Source of the DNA: Orbicella franksi
Lineage: Eukaryota
Reading direction: 5' to 3'
Assembly (NCBI GenBank): GCA_964199315.1
Contig: OZ116698.1
Span: 23,374,001 to 23,438,000, forward strand
Length of the DNA: 64,000 bases
Shown here in pieces: positions 49,420 through 61,382 of this stretch. Below the pieces are notes generated by a model. The model was not told the DNA's origin, searched no databases, and saw only the letters and a list, made by a program, of their open reading frames with translations. The position numbers were made by a program, and so were the translations under genes. Each line of letters begins with the position of its first letter. Position 1 is the first letter of the stretch.

Positions 49420-52233
49420 AAAACACTATAACTGTTGCAAAGTCTGTCATTTTTTCATAGCACATTTCCCAATGCAAGATTAGCCTGTACATAAAAACTG
49501 CATTTCATGTGCATATAGGTAGCGTTAAATTTGCTACCCAATTCAAGGAGTCACCCTGCAGCCCAGTGGCTACATTTTCGAGGCTCGGTTCGGAAGGGCA
49601 TGGCGTTCAGTCCCCCCGCAGAGGGACTTCGAATTTTTTTTCCTGTGTTTTTTTTTTCTTGAACGTTATTTTTGTTTTGTTTTGTTTCGAAAAGATCAAA
49701 TAACGGACTTAAGAAAACTTTTTAACTGATGCAAGGTCTTTAATATTTTCGTAGCACATTTCCCAATGCAAGATTAGCCTGTCAACAAAAACTGCATTTC
49801 ATGTCCATATAGCTAGCGTTAAATATGCTACCCAATTCAAGGAGTCCCCCTGTAGCCTGGTAGTTACATTTCCGAGCTTCGGTTCGGAAGGGCATGGCGT
49901 TCAGCCGCAGAGGGACTACAAACTTTTTAGGCTGTTTCTTTTTTTTTCTTTCACGTTATTTCTGTTTTATTTTGAAAAGATTACAAAATGAACTTACAAA
50001 ATCTCTATAACAGATGCAGGGTCTCTCATTTTGTCATAACACATTTCCCAACGCAAGATAAGCCTGTCAATAAAAACTAATTTTCACGTGCATGTAGGTA
50101 GCGTTAAATTTGCTACCAAATACAAGGAGTCCCCCTGTAGCCCAGTGGTTACATTTCCGAGCTTCAGTTCGGAAGGGCATGGCGTTCAGCCCCCCGCAGA
50201 GGGACTCCAAATGTTTTTGGCTGTTTTTTTTTTTTTTTTAAAATAATGGACTTAAAAAAACTCTATAACTGATGCAAGGTCTGTTATTTTTTCATAGCAC
50301 ATTTCCCAATGCAAGATTAGCCTGTCGATAAAAACTACATTTTATGTGCATATACGTAGCGTTAAATTTGCTACCCAACTCAAGGAGTCCCCCTGCAGCC
50401 CAGTGGTTAGATTTCCGAGCTTCTGTTCGGAAGGGCATGGCGTTCAGCCCCCCCGCAGAGGGACTCCAAATTTTTTGGCTGTTTTTTTTTTTTTTTTTTT
50501 TTTGCCAAAAGTTTTTTTGTTTTGTTTTGAAGACATTAACTAATGGTCTTAAAGAAACTCTATAACTGATGCAAAGTCTGTCATTTTTTCATAACACCAT
50601 TCCCAATGCAAGATTAGCCTTTCAATAAAAACTACATTTCATGTGCATATAGGTAGCGTTAAATTTCCTACCCAATTCAAGGAGTCCTCCTGTAGCCCAG
50701 TGGTTATATTTCCGAGCTTCGGTTCGGAAGGGCATGGCGTTCAGTCCCCCGCAGAGGGACTCCAAATTTTTTTCCTGTTTTTTTTTTTATTATTATTTTT
50801 TCCTACACGTTTTTTTGTTTTGGTTTGAAGACATTAACTAATGGTCTTAAGAAAACTCTATAACCGATGCAAAGTCTGTCGTTTTTTTATAGCAGAATTC
50901 CAATGCAAGATTAGCCTTTCAATAAAAACTACATTTCATGTGCATATTGGTAGCGTTAAATTTGCTACCCAATTCAAGGAGTCCCCCTGTAGCCCAGTGG
51001 TTTACATTTCCGAGCTTCGGTTCAGAAGGGCATGGCGTTCAGCCCCCCGTGGAGGGACTCCAAATTTTTTTTGCTGTTTGTTTTTTTTGTTTCATGTTAT
51101 TTTTGTTTTGTTTTGAAAAGATTAAAGAATGGACTTAAAAAAAACTCTATAACTGATGAAAGGTCTGTTATTTTTTCATAGCACATTTACCAATGCAAGA
51201 TTAACCTGTCAATAAAAACTACATTTCATGTGCATATAGCTAGCGTTAAATTTGCTACCCAATTCAAGGAGTCCCCCTGTAGCCCAGTGGTTACATCAGT
51301 TCCGAGCTTCAGTTCGGAAGGGCATGGCGTTCAGACCCCTGCAGAGGGACTCCAAATTTTTTTGGCTGTTTTTGTTTTTGTTGTTGTTGTTGTTGTTGTT
51401 TTTTTGTTACTTTCTTTTTGTTTTGTTTTGAAACGATTAAATAATGGACTTAATAAAAACTCTATAACTGATGGAAGGTCTGTCATTTTTTCATAGCACA
51501 TTTCCCAATGCAAGATTAGCCTGTCAATAAAAACTTCATTTCATGTGCATATAGGTAGCGTTAAATTTGCTACCCAATTCAAGGAGTTCCCCTGTAGCCC
51601 AGTGGTTACATTTCCGAGTTTCGGTTCGGAAGGGCATGGCGTTCAGCCGCAGAGGGACTCCAAATTTTTTTTGCTTTTTGGTTTTTTTTTCCTGCATGTT
51701 ATTATTTTTTCGTTTGAGCAGATTAAATAATGAACTTAAAAAAAAACTATATAACTGATGCAAGGTCTCATTTTTTCATTGCATTTCATTTCTAAATTCA
51801 AGATTGGCTCGTCAATAAAAACTACATTTCATGTGCATATAGGTAGCGTTAAATTTGCTACCCAATTCAAGGAGTTCCCCTGTAGCCCAGTGGTTACATT
51901 TCCGAGTTTCGGTTCGGAAGGGCATGGCGTTCAGCCGCAGAGGGACTCCAAATTTTTTTTGCTTTTTGGTTTTTTTTTCCTGCATGTTATTATTTTTTCG
52001 TTTGAGCAGATTAAATAATGAACTTAAAAAAAAACTATATAACTGATGCAAGGTCTCATTTTTTCATTGCATTTCATTTCTAAATTCAAGATTGGCTCGT
52101 CAATAAAAACTACATTTCATGTGCATAAAGGTAGCGTTAAATTTGCTACCCAATTCAAGGAGTCGCCCTGTAGCCCAGTGGCTAGATTTCCGAGCTTCGG
52201 TTCGGAAGGGCATGGCGTTGAGTTCGCGCAGGT
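49420..52233 (+). repeat. Tandem array of 10 units (258-315 bp), each with a tRNA-like/SINE-head segment followed by oligo-T
   Basis: tRNA-like starts (gt..ccctgtagcccagtgg) at 49550, 49844, 50129, 50387, 50684, 50981, 51271, 51586, 51874, 52162. A-box TAGCCCAGTGG; anticodon-like arm tccgagcttcggttcgga; degenerate B-box gcgttcagccc. Length variation lies mainly in the T-rich part. Confidence 0.92.
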
Positions 52234-52249
52234 GGACTCCTTTTGCCGG

Positions 52250-52973
52250 GGTGTTTTTGTCACTTATGAAGGCCAAAATAAGGTCATCGACAGGGTTTAT
52301 GAAGCTACGATACTTTTGTATTGAATCTTTGGTCGTTAGGGGTTAGCACCCGTAGAAAAGAAGAAGAAAATACTATTGTGAAGTGCCAGTACCTTCCCAA
52401 ATTTCTGGCGTTGTTTTAATGGCAAAAAATCATTTGAAGACAAGTTGGCGAACTTGGCTATTTTAATTCAGAACGGCCGAATTGGAAAGTTAACCTTGCA
52501 GTGCTAACCAAATAATACATGTATACCCTTTGATGTTGTACACACCGTTGCATATTGTCTGCCAGGAGACATAATTAAAGATTTCTGTCCACGGGACCTC
52601 AAATCCTGCCATCTTGCGGCTGCAAGGCGCGTGATACTACCTGTATGGTCGCTAATTGCGAACTTGTTCTTTAAGGAATCTCACCAGTTGACTAAATTCA
52701 CTTAATAGGTCCACTTAAACAATATTTGGCAGAGAACATTTACTTCAAAGATCTAATTGCAATATTTTTAGACTTACAGACACTGTGGCCATATTTGCTA
52801 ACGAAGCCCGATTTTTCAGATTTAGGGTGTTCTTCCGGGCATGTTCTCTCCAAAACGAAGTCGGTGACCCCACATGTTTTTTACATTTCTGACATATATA
52901 ACTCATCATCTTACAGTGGTAAAAGTCTCAGAAGAAAATCAATGTTGGAAAATTTTCGCTTGAACGTCCTTAA
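52250..52973. mobile_element. Interspersed non-autonomous element with a ...GAACGTCCTTAA end, abutting the array
   Basis: Right end ttgaacgtccttaa at 52960-52973 matches a TTAA-terminated repeat type I recall from coral genomes; left end not found. Confidence 0.35.
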
Positions 52974-53654
52974 AGGTTTAAAATCCCAAGTTTTGAAAAT
53001 CAAGTTTTTACGACATACGCTGTTTTGTCATTTTTGTTTCCGCAGTGTGCATTTTAATCCTACTGAAGTTAAAATGGCCGAGAAATATAAGTGTTAAGGA
53101 TTTGCTTTTTCCCTTAACGCGCCCGATATGCCGGTACGATCTGTAGACCGGTACATGGAAAACGTGATCCCGCGTGAGCTCCCGGGTGAACTGGTTTTCC
53201 CGCTAAAACTTTTCGTGACGTGTGACATGTCGCGAAAAAAACTGGGAACGAAAGAGAATCCAACATGGTGGAAGCTCGCAGTTTTGAGTCGAGGGGATTA
53301 AGAACTTATTTTGGTGGCAAAGCTACAACGAATACGTCATCTATGGCATCAGTTGCCTTTAGAAACATTTTTCCTCGTTTAGTTGCATTTGGGTGAAAGG
53401 AAAATGGTTGTAGTGGCTGCAGAACACTGGAGTGAAGACCACGTTAATTTACGAAGCCAGGCTTCGTTTTACGATCGCTCCTACTAAAAGGTAAGCTTCA
53501 GCACAGAAGCTGTTGTTTACGAAAAATTTTACTAGTGGCTGGCATTTTTTAGTGCCCAAGTTGGCATTTGATTTGGTAGAATTGTTTACTCCAAGGGTAA
53601 TTAAGTGTTGCGCTTTTATGATTTTTTAAGGGCTGTTACTAAAACTGAGAACTG

Positions 53655-53760
53655 GGAACGGGGAACGGGGAACGGGGAACGGGGAACGGGGAACGGGGAA
53701 CGGGGAACGGGGAACGGGGAACGGGAAACGGGAAAATGAGAACCGGGAACCGGGATGGGA
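53655..53760. repeat. (GGGGAAC)n heptamer minisatellite, probably the subterminal repeat of an interspersed element
   Basis: About 10 near-perfect copies of gggaacg, degenerating to ~53760. Confidence 0.85.
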
Positions 53761-55900
53761 GTCTGGGAACAAGTGTACAGCAGTAACCGGCCTGAGAATT
53801 CAAAATGGTGGACAAAGAAAAAGAAAAGGCTTGAAAAGGGAACAATTTGGGGAAATATGAGGAAGTGTTATGGTTGTAAACGTGAGTTTCTACCGGCTGT
53901 GTATCCCCAGATGACCAATAAGTTCTTGTTAGAGCAGAGTCCGATTGGCCTGGGGAGAAAAGCGAATCGGTATTATCACATGCCACCCCAATCAGTCACT
54001 ACAAAATGTGATCCTCCACAGGAAAACAGGTGAAAAGGTTACGACACGGGCACGCTATTTTAACATGCTAGACAAAAGAAAATTCCTTTAACACACTAGC
54101 AGTTTGTCACAATGCACCGCTCATTAAAATTTTCTTTTGCTTTGTATCGCATGATAAAAACAAACGAGCATGTTCATTCTAACAAAGAAGCGTGCCAAAA
54201 TTTCAGAAACAAAGCAGCAAGTAAAATGACATGCTAAGCGAGTGAGATGACAGGCTTGTAAGTGAGTGAAATGGCATGCCATATTGAAATGCACAGTCCA
54301 TTACACTGTTTGAATATTTAACTTACCAACTGTTCGATGAAATGTCCACCTTCACAAACTTTTTGTTTATTATCAAGTCAATCATTAAAATCTATTCTAC
54401 ACACATGATGTCATGTTTTGTTCCTCAGCACTTTTAAGAATCTTCAGTTACGTAGATTTTACTACCAAAATTAGTTTTTCTTGAGCGTAGCAATTTTCAT
54501 CCTTCCCCGCATTGTATCCATGTGAATATCCAAACAATTGACAAGGCTAGACAAACTGGAGGCACTTGAGTGTAATGCAACTTTCGCTTTATTACCACAA
54601 TTGAAACTGCTCCTTGGGTAGCAGCATCAAAAATGCAAGATCAACATCATGCATAATGTTCAAAGCAAACAGCATGTCTATTCTTCATGAGAATGAATTT
54701 GCCATGCCCAAAAGTACTTCCGCATGTACAGTAAGGTAGCCTCTCCCAGGCATCAGGTATTAGGCCATGACTCTGCGATTCATACACTCATCTTGGCAAA
54801 TCGCATAAAATCACTGTTTGTAACGATACACTTTCACTTCAGTAGTAAAAAGAAAACCTCCAGAACCATGATAATGTTTTGGTAACGTGGGAAAAATAAT
54901 GTTACCGCTCTTTGCCATCTAATTTCACCTTAGTTTATGTCGACCACTGGTACCAGCCATTTCGTCAAGCACTAAATTCATTAATGACCAAATTAGGAAT
55001 GAAATGTCAACAAAATGTCATGTGATTTGAATTTATGCTTGACTGGTTACAGCTTCGCACAAGGAAGTTATTTGTATTCACTTCAATATTTTCTTTCTGT
55101 TTTCTTGTCGACCTGCTTTATGAACAGTCTTCTTTGCAAGATAACAATGTTGGTAGTTTTCTATATGTTGTTTTGTGAAATACCTTTATTTTCCATATAA
55201 ACAACTTCCCGCTAACTCAGCTGGTTGATGTGAATGCGCCTTTGGCATTGCAGTGGGTTTGCTGTTGTCAAAGGATCGGAAGTGGGGTTATTGGTGAGAA
55301 GTGACAAGTATGAAAATAGCTTCTCATTGATTGGCCAATATGCGGGATATACCGAACTTTGAAAATATCTCATTAATTGTAACCTTCTGATTGGCCTTTA
55401 TTCAGGATAATCCCACAAGTTAAACTGAAAATAGCATTACTTAATCTGATTGGTTCACATGTGCAATATCTCGCAAATTTAGATCATATTTTCAGATTCT
55501 ATTTTTAAATGAACGTTTCCATTTTTAAATGGAATGGTGTTCTTGATGGTGTATTAACTTTTATTTCAAAATCTCTTTTTCCCAGTAACTTGGGTGCATT
55601 TTAATATTTTATTTTCATTTTTTGGAAAATGTTACCTTAAGTAATAAACTTTCATTTGGTTGAAAAAAAAAGAAAATTTTGCAAAAGTAGCCCCTTGAAG
55701 GTTTGGAATAACCTTAACCAGAAATGCAAACATGTTCATGAAATTTTTTCTCTTTGTTGACTAAATTCTCTGAAACAGTATGTGTATTGGAAGCAATTTG
55801 TGCTTCAAGTTATAATAAATGTACATGTAAGTATTATTTAGAGTAAGGAGAATTCATTTCCAGCTTGGCACTAAAAAGTTGATTGATATTTGTTTCTCAG

Positions 55901-58900
55901 GTTGCTGAGTGTGAGGAGGTGAATAAGACTGAATCAGAGTTGTCATCCAAGCTGAAACAGGTTTGTTCAGTTTTTGTGGTGTTTCACAATTAAAAAGTGT
56001 TTTTTGTAAGACATGCATGAATTGACTGTCAAACAAATAATTTCCTCATTATAACATGTAGTTTAATTACATTCTTGGTGCTGGTGGGAGAAGGATGGAT
56101 TGAGGACAAAGGATCCTGAAGGTGCCAACAAAGCCTCAGAATGTCCAGATTAGCTAAATTAAAAGGTTTTTATCATTATGGTGTCTCTACAAAGCATAGA
56201 TATTAGTCCAAATGTTTATTTCTTGTGATTTCAATTGTTTCTGCTTCACCCATGTAGAGGCTACGGTAACAAAATAACTGAAAGAGTAATGATGTTGACA
56301 TGAAACTTTGTTTTAAATACAGCAATAATAAATGAACAATGAGCACGCAAGAAATTTGAGCAGCAAAAAGGCTTATCGCATTTACTTTGACTGAGAATAA
56401 ATTAGTCAGTGCAATTTACCCGCTTCTTTATGGGAAGCTGTTCGAAAAACAAAACCACAGAAAATGAAAAGGCAACACGATTCAAAATGTTAATTTTTGA
56501 CCGATAGTGTAGTGGACATGTTGTATTACTGAAAGATATCACCGATAAATCGTTTGGCATGATTATGAAAGTTTTCTGGTGATGTTTTAAGCCCTAAATT
56601 AACTTGATTTAAAAAGGTATAGACTCAATCCTTTTTTTTTTTTCAATGTAACACTAACTACCGGTAGTTACAATTAATACAACATTTTACAGTTCACATG
56701 CATGTCTTACATCGATTACATTGTTTACGGCAACTTAAAGAGAAGAAAATTAACTCATTACAGTTCCAGTTCATAACCTATAATAATATAATTGTAATTA
56801 AGAAAGAAGCAAACAAGGAGACAGAACAAACAAACAAATTTTTCAAACTGAATTTAGATCAAAACTGCACCGAAGAAAATTACTATTAGCTTTTGGTTGC
56901 TGCTGCATGACTGGTATATCTATTTACATACATACGTGTATAACTACTCCCTCTTTTTTCCAAAGGTTAATATTTTGACAGAAATAAAACAAGAATTTAA
57001 GGAAGAGCATATTTCTCAATTTGCCATGGCAATAAAACTTTACTTAAGGTTGGTCTCTTCTCAAAGTATTATTTGCAAGCGTAAATACATTGTTTTAATA
57101 AAATAACGAATAAGTGTAGTCTGCGTCTTGGGTAATCAGTTAATTGCTGAAGAGTGGGTATATCATTGAAGATTATTTGTTTATTGGAGAGGCTAATATC
57201 AGTGGTATTTGCATGGTTAAACCATATTTACAGTTTAGAGTAAAAAGACTGTGTCACAATGCAGTCTAAAAACGTATGTTCTGTATGTAGAGTATGGATT
57301 AGGACAGAAAAAATGTTTTATCATGGGCTAATCGAAATTTCAAGAGCTCTTTTTTAAACTTGGAAAATATTATTTTCCAAATGTGGTGGAATGATTTCAC
57401 TCCATCACTCCTTCACTTCCCATTAGACATTTGGAAACCCAGGGGGTGGGGGGGGGGGGGACTTCCATATGAAAAGGCAAGGGATGCTTGTCAGAAAATA
57501 TGAATTTAACTCTTAAGGGAGACTAATGTAGACGTTGCTTGAGTTTCATTAGACCCCTAAAAGATACCATTTGAAATGGAAGTGGTGTGATCACTAGCCA
57601 CTGTTCAAGAAAGGATCCCATGCGCACTTGTAGACCCGACTCGCTTACTCGAGAGATCAGTGGAAATCAATCCTGAAAACAGAACTTAAATGAGAGGGTT
57701 TCTTTTATTATTTCCTAGAGTGCACCCTAAAGGATACCTTGACACGTAAAAATGGTGACATTTCGCCATCAACACTCTAAGTGAGACCAGAATCCTTGAT
57801 TTGTACCCGAGACAACCAGCATCCCCGACCTTTTCATATAGAAGCCCCCCCGCCCCCCCAGGTTTCGAACATCAGCCGTCTAAGGCCATTTTACAGTCGC
57901 CTGCAGCATATCAAGTTAGTTATTTTCAAGAGGTAGAAGGTATAATGATTTTTTCATTGTAAGGAAAATACTTATGGTTCTTCCTTAGCTATTCGATTCA
58001 GGGAAAGTCTTCGTGGTTTATCCTTAACAAACCTACGTGATATTGTGAGTTCAAAAGCAATCAATGTAAACAAATGATTAAAGGTTCTAGATGATCTTTT
58101 TAACACAAGAAACGGAAAGACAAATGCTACCTTTTGGTAAATGGTTTCTTGACGGAAAAAGAAAAAAACAATGAAGAAAAGGAAAAACAATCAGTAGTCA
58201 CCACTAGGATTCAAACTCCCAATGTCTCGCATGGCGAGTCAGCGCTTATCACACTGAGCTTCTTGCACATAAGTTACTGGACGGCAAAAGTATTAATGTT
58301 TTGTTCATGTACCACAGGCTCAAGTGTTTCACACAGTCTATACATCATGTACCTCACTTTTGACCAAACAAAATGATCTAACTTTCTGTTTTTGACTACA
58401 GCACAAGACATGTACAGATACATGCAATTTAAAGCATGTAGGCAGGCCTGAGTAACAAACGGTTTCTTAACATTGAACTTTTTCATTTTGCAATTATCAC
58501 AACACACCCCTGAATGGAAAAAGGCTTTATGGGCTTGTTTGAAAGCTAGACTGCCCTCACATTACAAGTAGTTCCTTAATGAGCAATGCCTCATAACACC
58601 CTTTCATAGTTTATTTTCCAAGTTCAGTGGCTCACAGACACTTTGATTGGTTACTAGAATTCTATGTACTCTAACAGCTTGAATGAGAACTGCCTTTAGT
58701 TTGTTATCTCTTGTTGAATGATATATAAATGAAAATTTGTTTTTCCATTCTGTATATTCACTGCAAAGTTGACTTTCCAGGTTTTGATGCCGGTTGGCTC
58801 CACTGTGGAGTTCTTGTTAAGCGTTTTATAATTAATGTTTGCAGCGCATTTTTGCTTGATCTACGTGTACTTTCAGGAAACAAGGATACTGTAGGAATCG

Positions 58901-59980
58901 AACCCATGACCTCCCGAACACCGGGCGGGCGCTCTATCCACTGAGCTATGAGAACTCATGAAGAGCACGGTCATTTAACTGAGTTCATATGTGACAGGTG
59001 TCCTGCATGCTGCTAGGATCAACACTATCGAAGTCATCGTGAGTAGTGATAAGTTAATGAAGATGGTGAATTTTAAGCTCAGTAATGAAATGTGAAGGAG
59101 AATTAATCAACATGACACAAGCGTGGGACAAAGAAAAATTCTAAGTCCCTGACAGGAATCGAACCCATGACCTCCCGCCCGGTGTTCAGGAGGTCATGGG
59201 TTCGATTCCTGTCGGGGACTTAGAATTTTTCTTTGTCCCATGCTCGTGTCATGTTGATTAATTCACCTGCACATTTCATTACCGAGCTTAAAATTCACCA
59301 TCTTCATTAACTTATCAAGGATACTGTAGTTGAATTTAGTAGCTGTTCATGTGAAGGTACTTCAGCTGACCTGGCTTTCTTTTTCAAATGAGAAGGGATG
59401 GCAGCCATGAGTTGAAAGTAATGAAGATAATTTGTTTTCATACTTAACTTGTTCTGAAATTCTTCAAAAGTCACGAAATTCCCATCAGCATTTAGGGTAT
59501 CTTGAATAAAAAAGATTTTCTTATTAAATCAGGATTTCCAAAATAGCTTTCCATGAGTCTCAAGAATTACTCGGAAATCTACTTATCCAAGCTAAGCGTA
59601 AAGATTTGACTACTGCAGGAAAGTTAACAAAGGGAAGACCTCCTTCTGCAAGGGGTTGATTCATATAGCCAATCTTTTTATTTTGTAGTTCTTGTTTTTC
59701 CACAAGAAATTGAAGAGCTCTGCTTGCAAATTTTTTATTACTGAAGTCGGGACAGATAGGATGGACGTTGCGTAGATCAATAGTTTTCATTGCTCTAATC
59801 CTGTTCATGAAGTTCTCTTCAACATATTTTGGTTATATGACAGAAAGGTACCAAATACTTTAATTGGATCTTCGTACTTTTGAATTCCAGTATCTTAGAA
59901 TGGCTGTGTTTCATTGTGCCTATAACCACATTGCCTTAGTTTTCTTTTTGTTTAATTTTAATCCTGAAACTGTTCCGAAG

Positions 59981-60014
<34 letters not shown>

Positions 60015-61350
60015 TCACGTTGCTAGTTATTATGGCAGTATCATCTGCAAATTGTGAAATTTTTACTTCTTGATCATTTGGCAACTGTATGCCTCCACAG
60101 AATAAACATAGACTGCAAGAATAAACATAGACTCAATCCTTATTAACTTGGGTTGTACTTAAATAAGAGTTGCAGTGTTTTTTTTTTTTTTTTTTTAAGG
60201 GATGCTGCCAGCATTACATCCCTGACGTGATATCAAAGGCGAAATGTTAGCAAATATCGAACTGGTTATTTTGCATTGACCCTGTTATAGCTGTTCCAGG
60301 AGCATCGGATTATGTCAGCTATTTTACACCCAGAACTTCAGTAATAATTATATAGATTTAGCCAAGGCTAAAAGCAAAGCTCAGGGCCGGGTTGTTCAAA
60401 GCCTGATTAAGCTAAACCAGGTTAAGCGAGAATTTTGATTTGAGTTTTGTAACTTTGTGGTGAGATTTTGTTTTCTCAAGGCTAACATTCTGCGGCAAAA
60501 ACATTGATTGATTGCTTAAGAATTAGTTTGTATTGGTGGGGTAGAAATGTTTGGGTAATCCTTTAGGAGATTGTGAAATTCTTAAGACTCTGAAGCAAAA
60601 TTTTAAGAGGAAAGAATTATTTGCACTTTGTTTTTATGCAAGTTTAGCAAAATTCATAAACAAAATACTTACTAGTTACATATTGGATTTGCAGGCAAGT
60701 TGTTGGAGGCATAGATCACAGGATCAAGGACTGTGGACCCAGAACAACCCAGAGCAGAGGACAGAGGACCGAGGACTCAGAACAGAGGACCAAGGAGCAA
60801 GGATAGGACTGAGGACTGACAACTGTGGATCAAGGACAGTGGATGACAGCAAACCTTGAATGACAAACTTTCATAAGCTGAAAATTAAGGTATCTGAGGT
60901 TACCGGCAGCAGAGATGGCACAGTGCACCTTGCCCTGAGGGTTTTTCTCCGGGTACTCCGGTTTCCCTCACTCCTGATAAACCAATATTTCCAAATTACC
61001 AGTAGCAGAGATGGCACGGTGCACCTTGCCCTGAGGGTTTTTCTCCGGGTACTCCGGTTTCCCTCACTCCTGAAAAACCAATATTTCCAAATTTCAATTT
61101 AACAAAATTTGCGACACATTGCTGTGGGCCAATTGAGATGAAAAATTATTTGATTACTAGAGGTAAACATTAATTTGTTTGCAATGTAATACCAATTTAT
61201 TACTCTGTTTATTTCCTAGTTACCTGTGCACACGTGGTTTCGCAGTCTCCTTTGCAGCTGTTATTTTAGTCTATGAGCAAATTGGGGAGAAGCTTTATTT
61301 CGAAGATCTCTTTTTTAATCATACAATGTCGGTAAAGGGAAATTCCTGAC

Positions 61351-61382
<32 letters not shown>

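Noticed and set aside
49509-52346. Recurrent short ORFs MHIGSVKFATQFKESPCSPV... and a CRISPR-like or true tRNA-cluster reading of the array
   Set aside because: The ORFs are translations of the repeat unit. There are no unique spacers or cas genes, and the units lack a canonical T-loop and 7-nt anticodon loop.
54500-54870. Possible decayed transposase-like coding remnant on the - strand
   Set aside because: Multiple stops, and no catalytic or zinc-finger motif I could name with confidence.
60700-60860. ORF with RTEDRGLRTEDQG repeats
   Set aside because: A degenerate GAGGAC(C/A) heptamer repeat, not coding.
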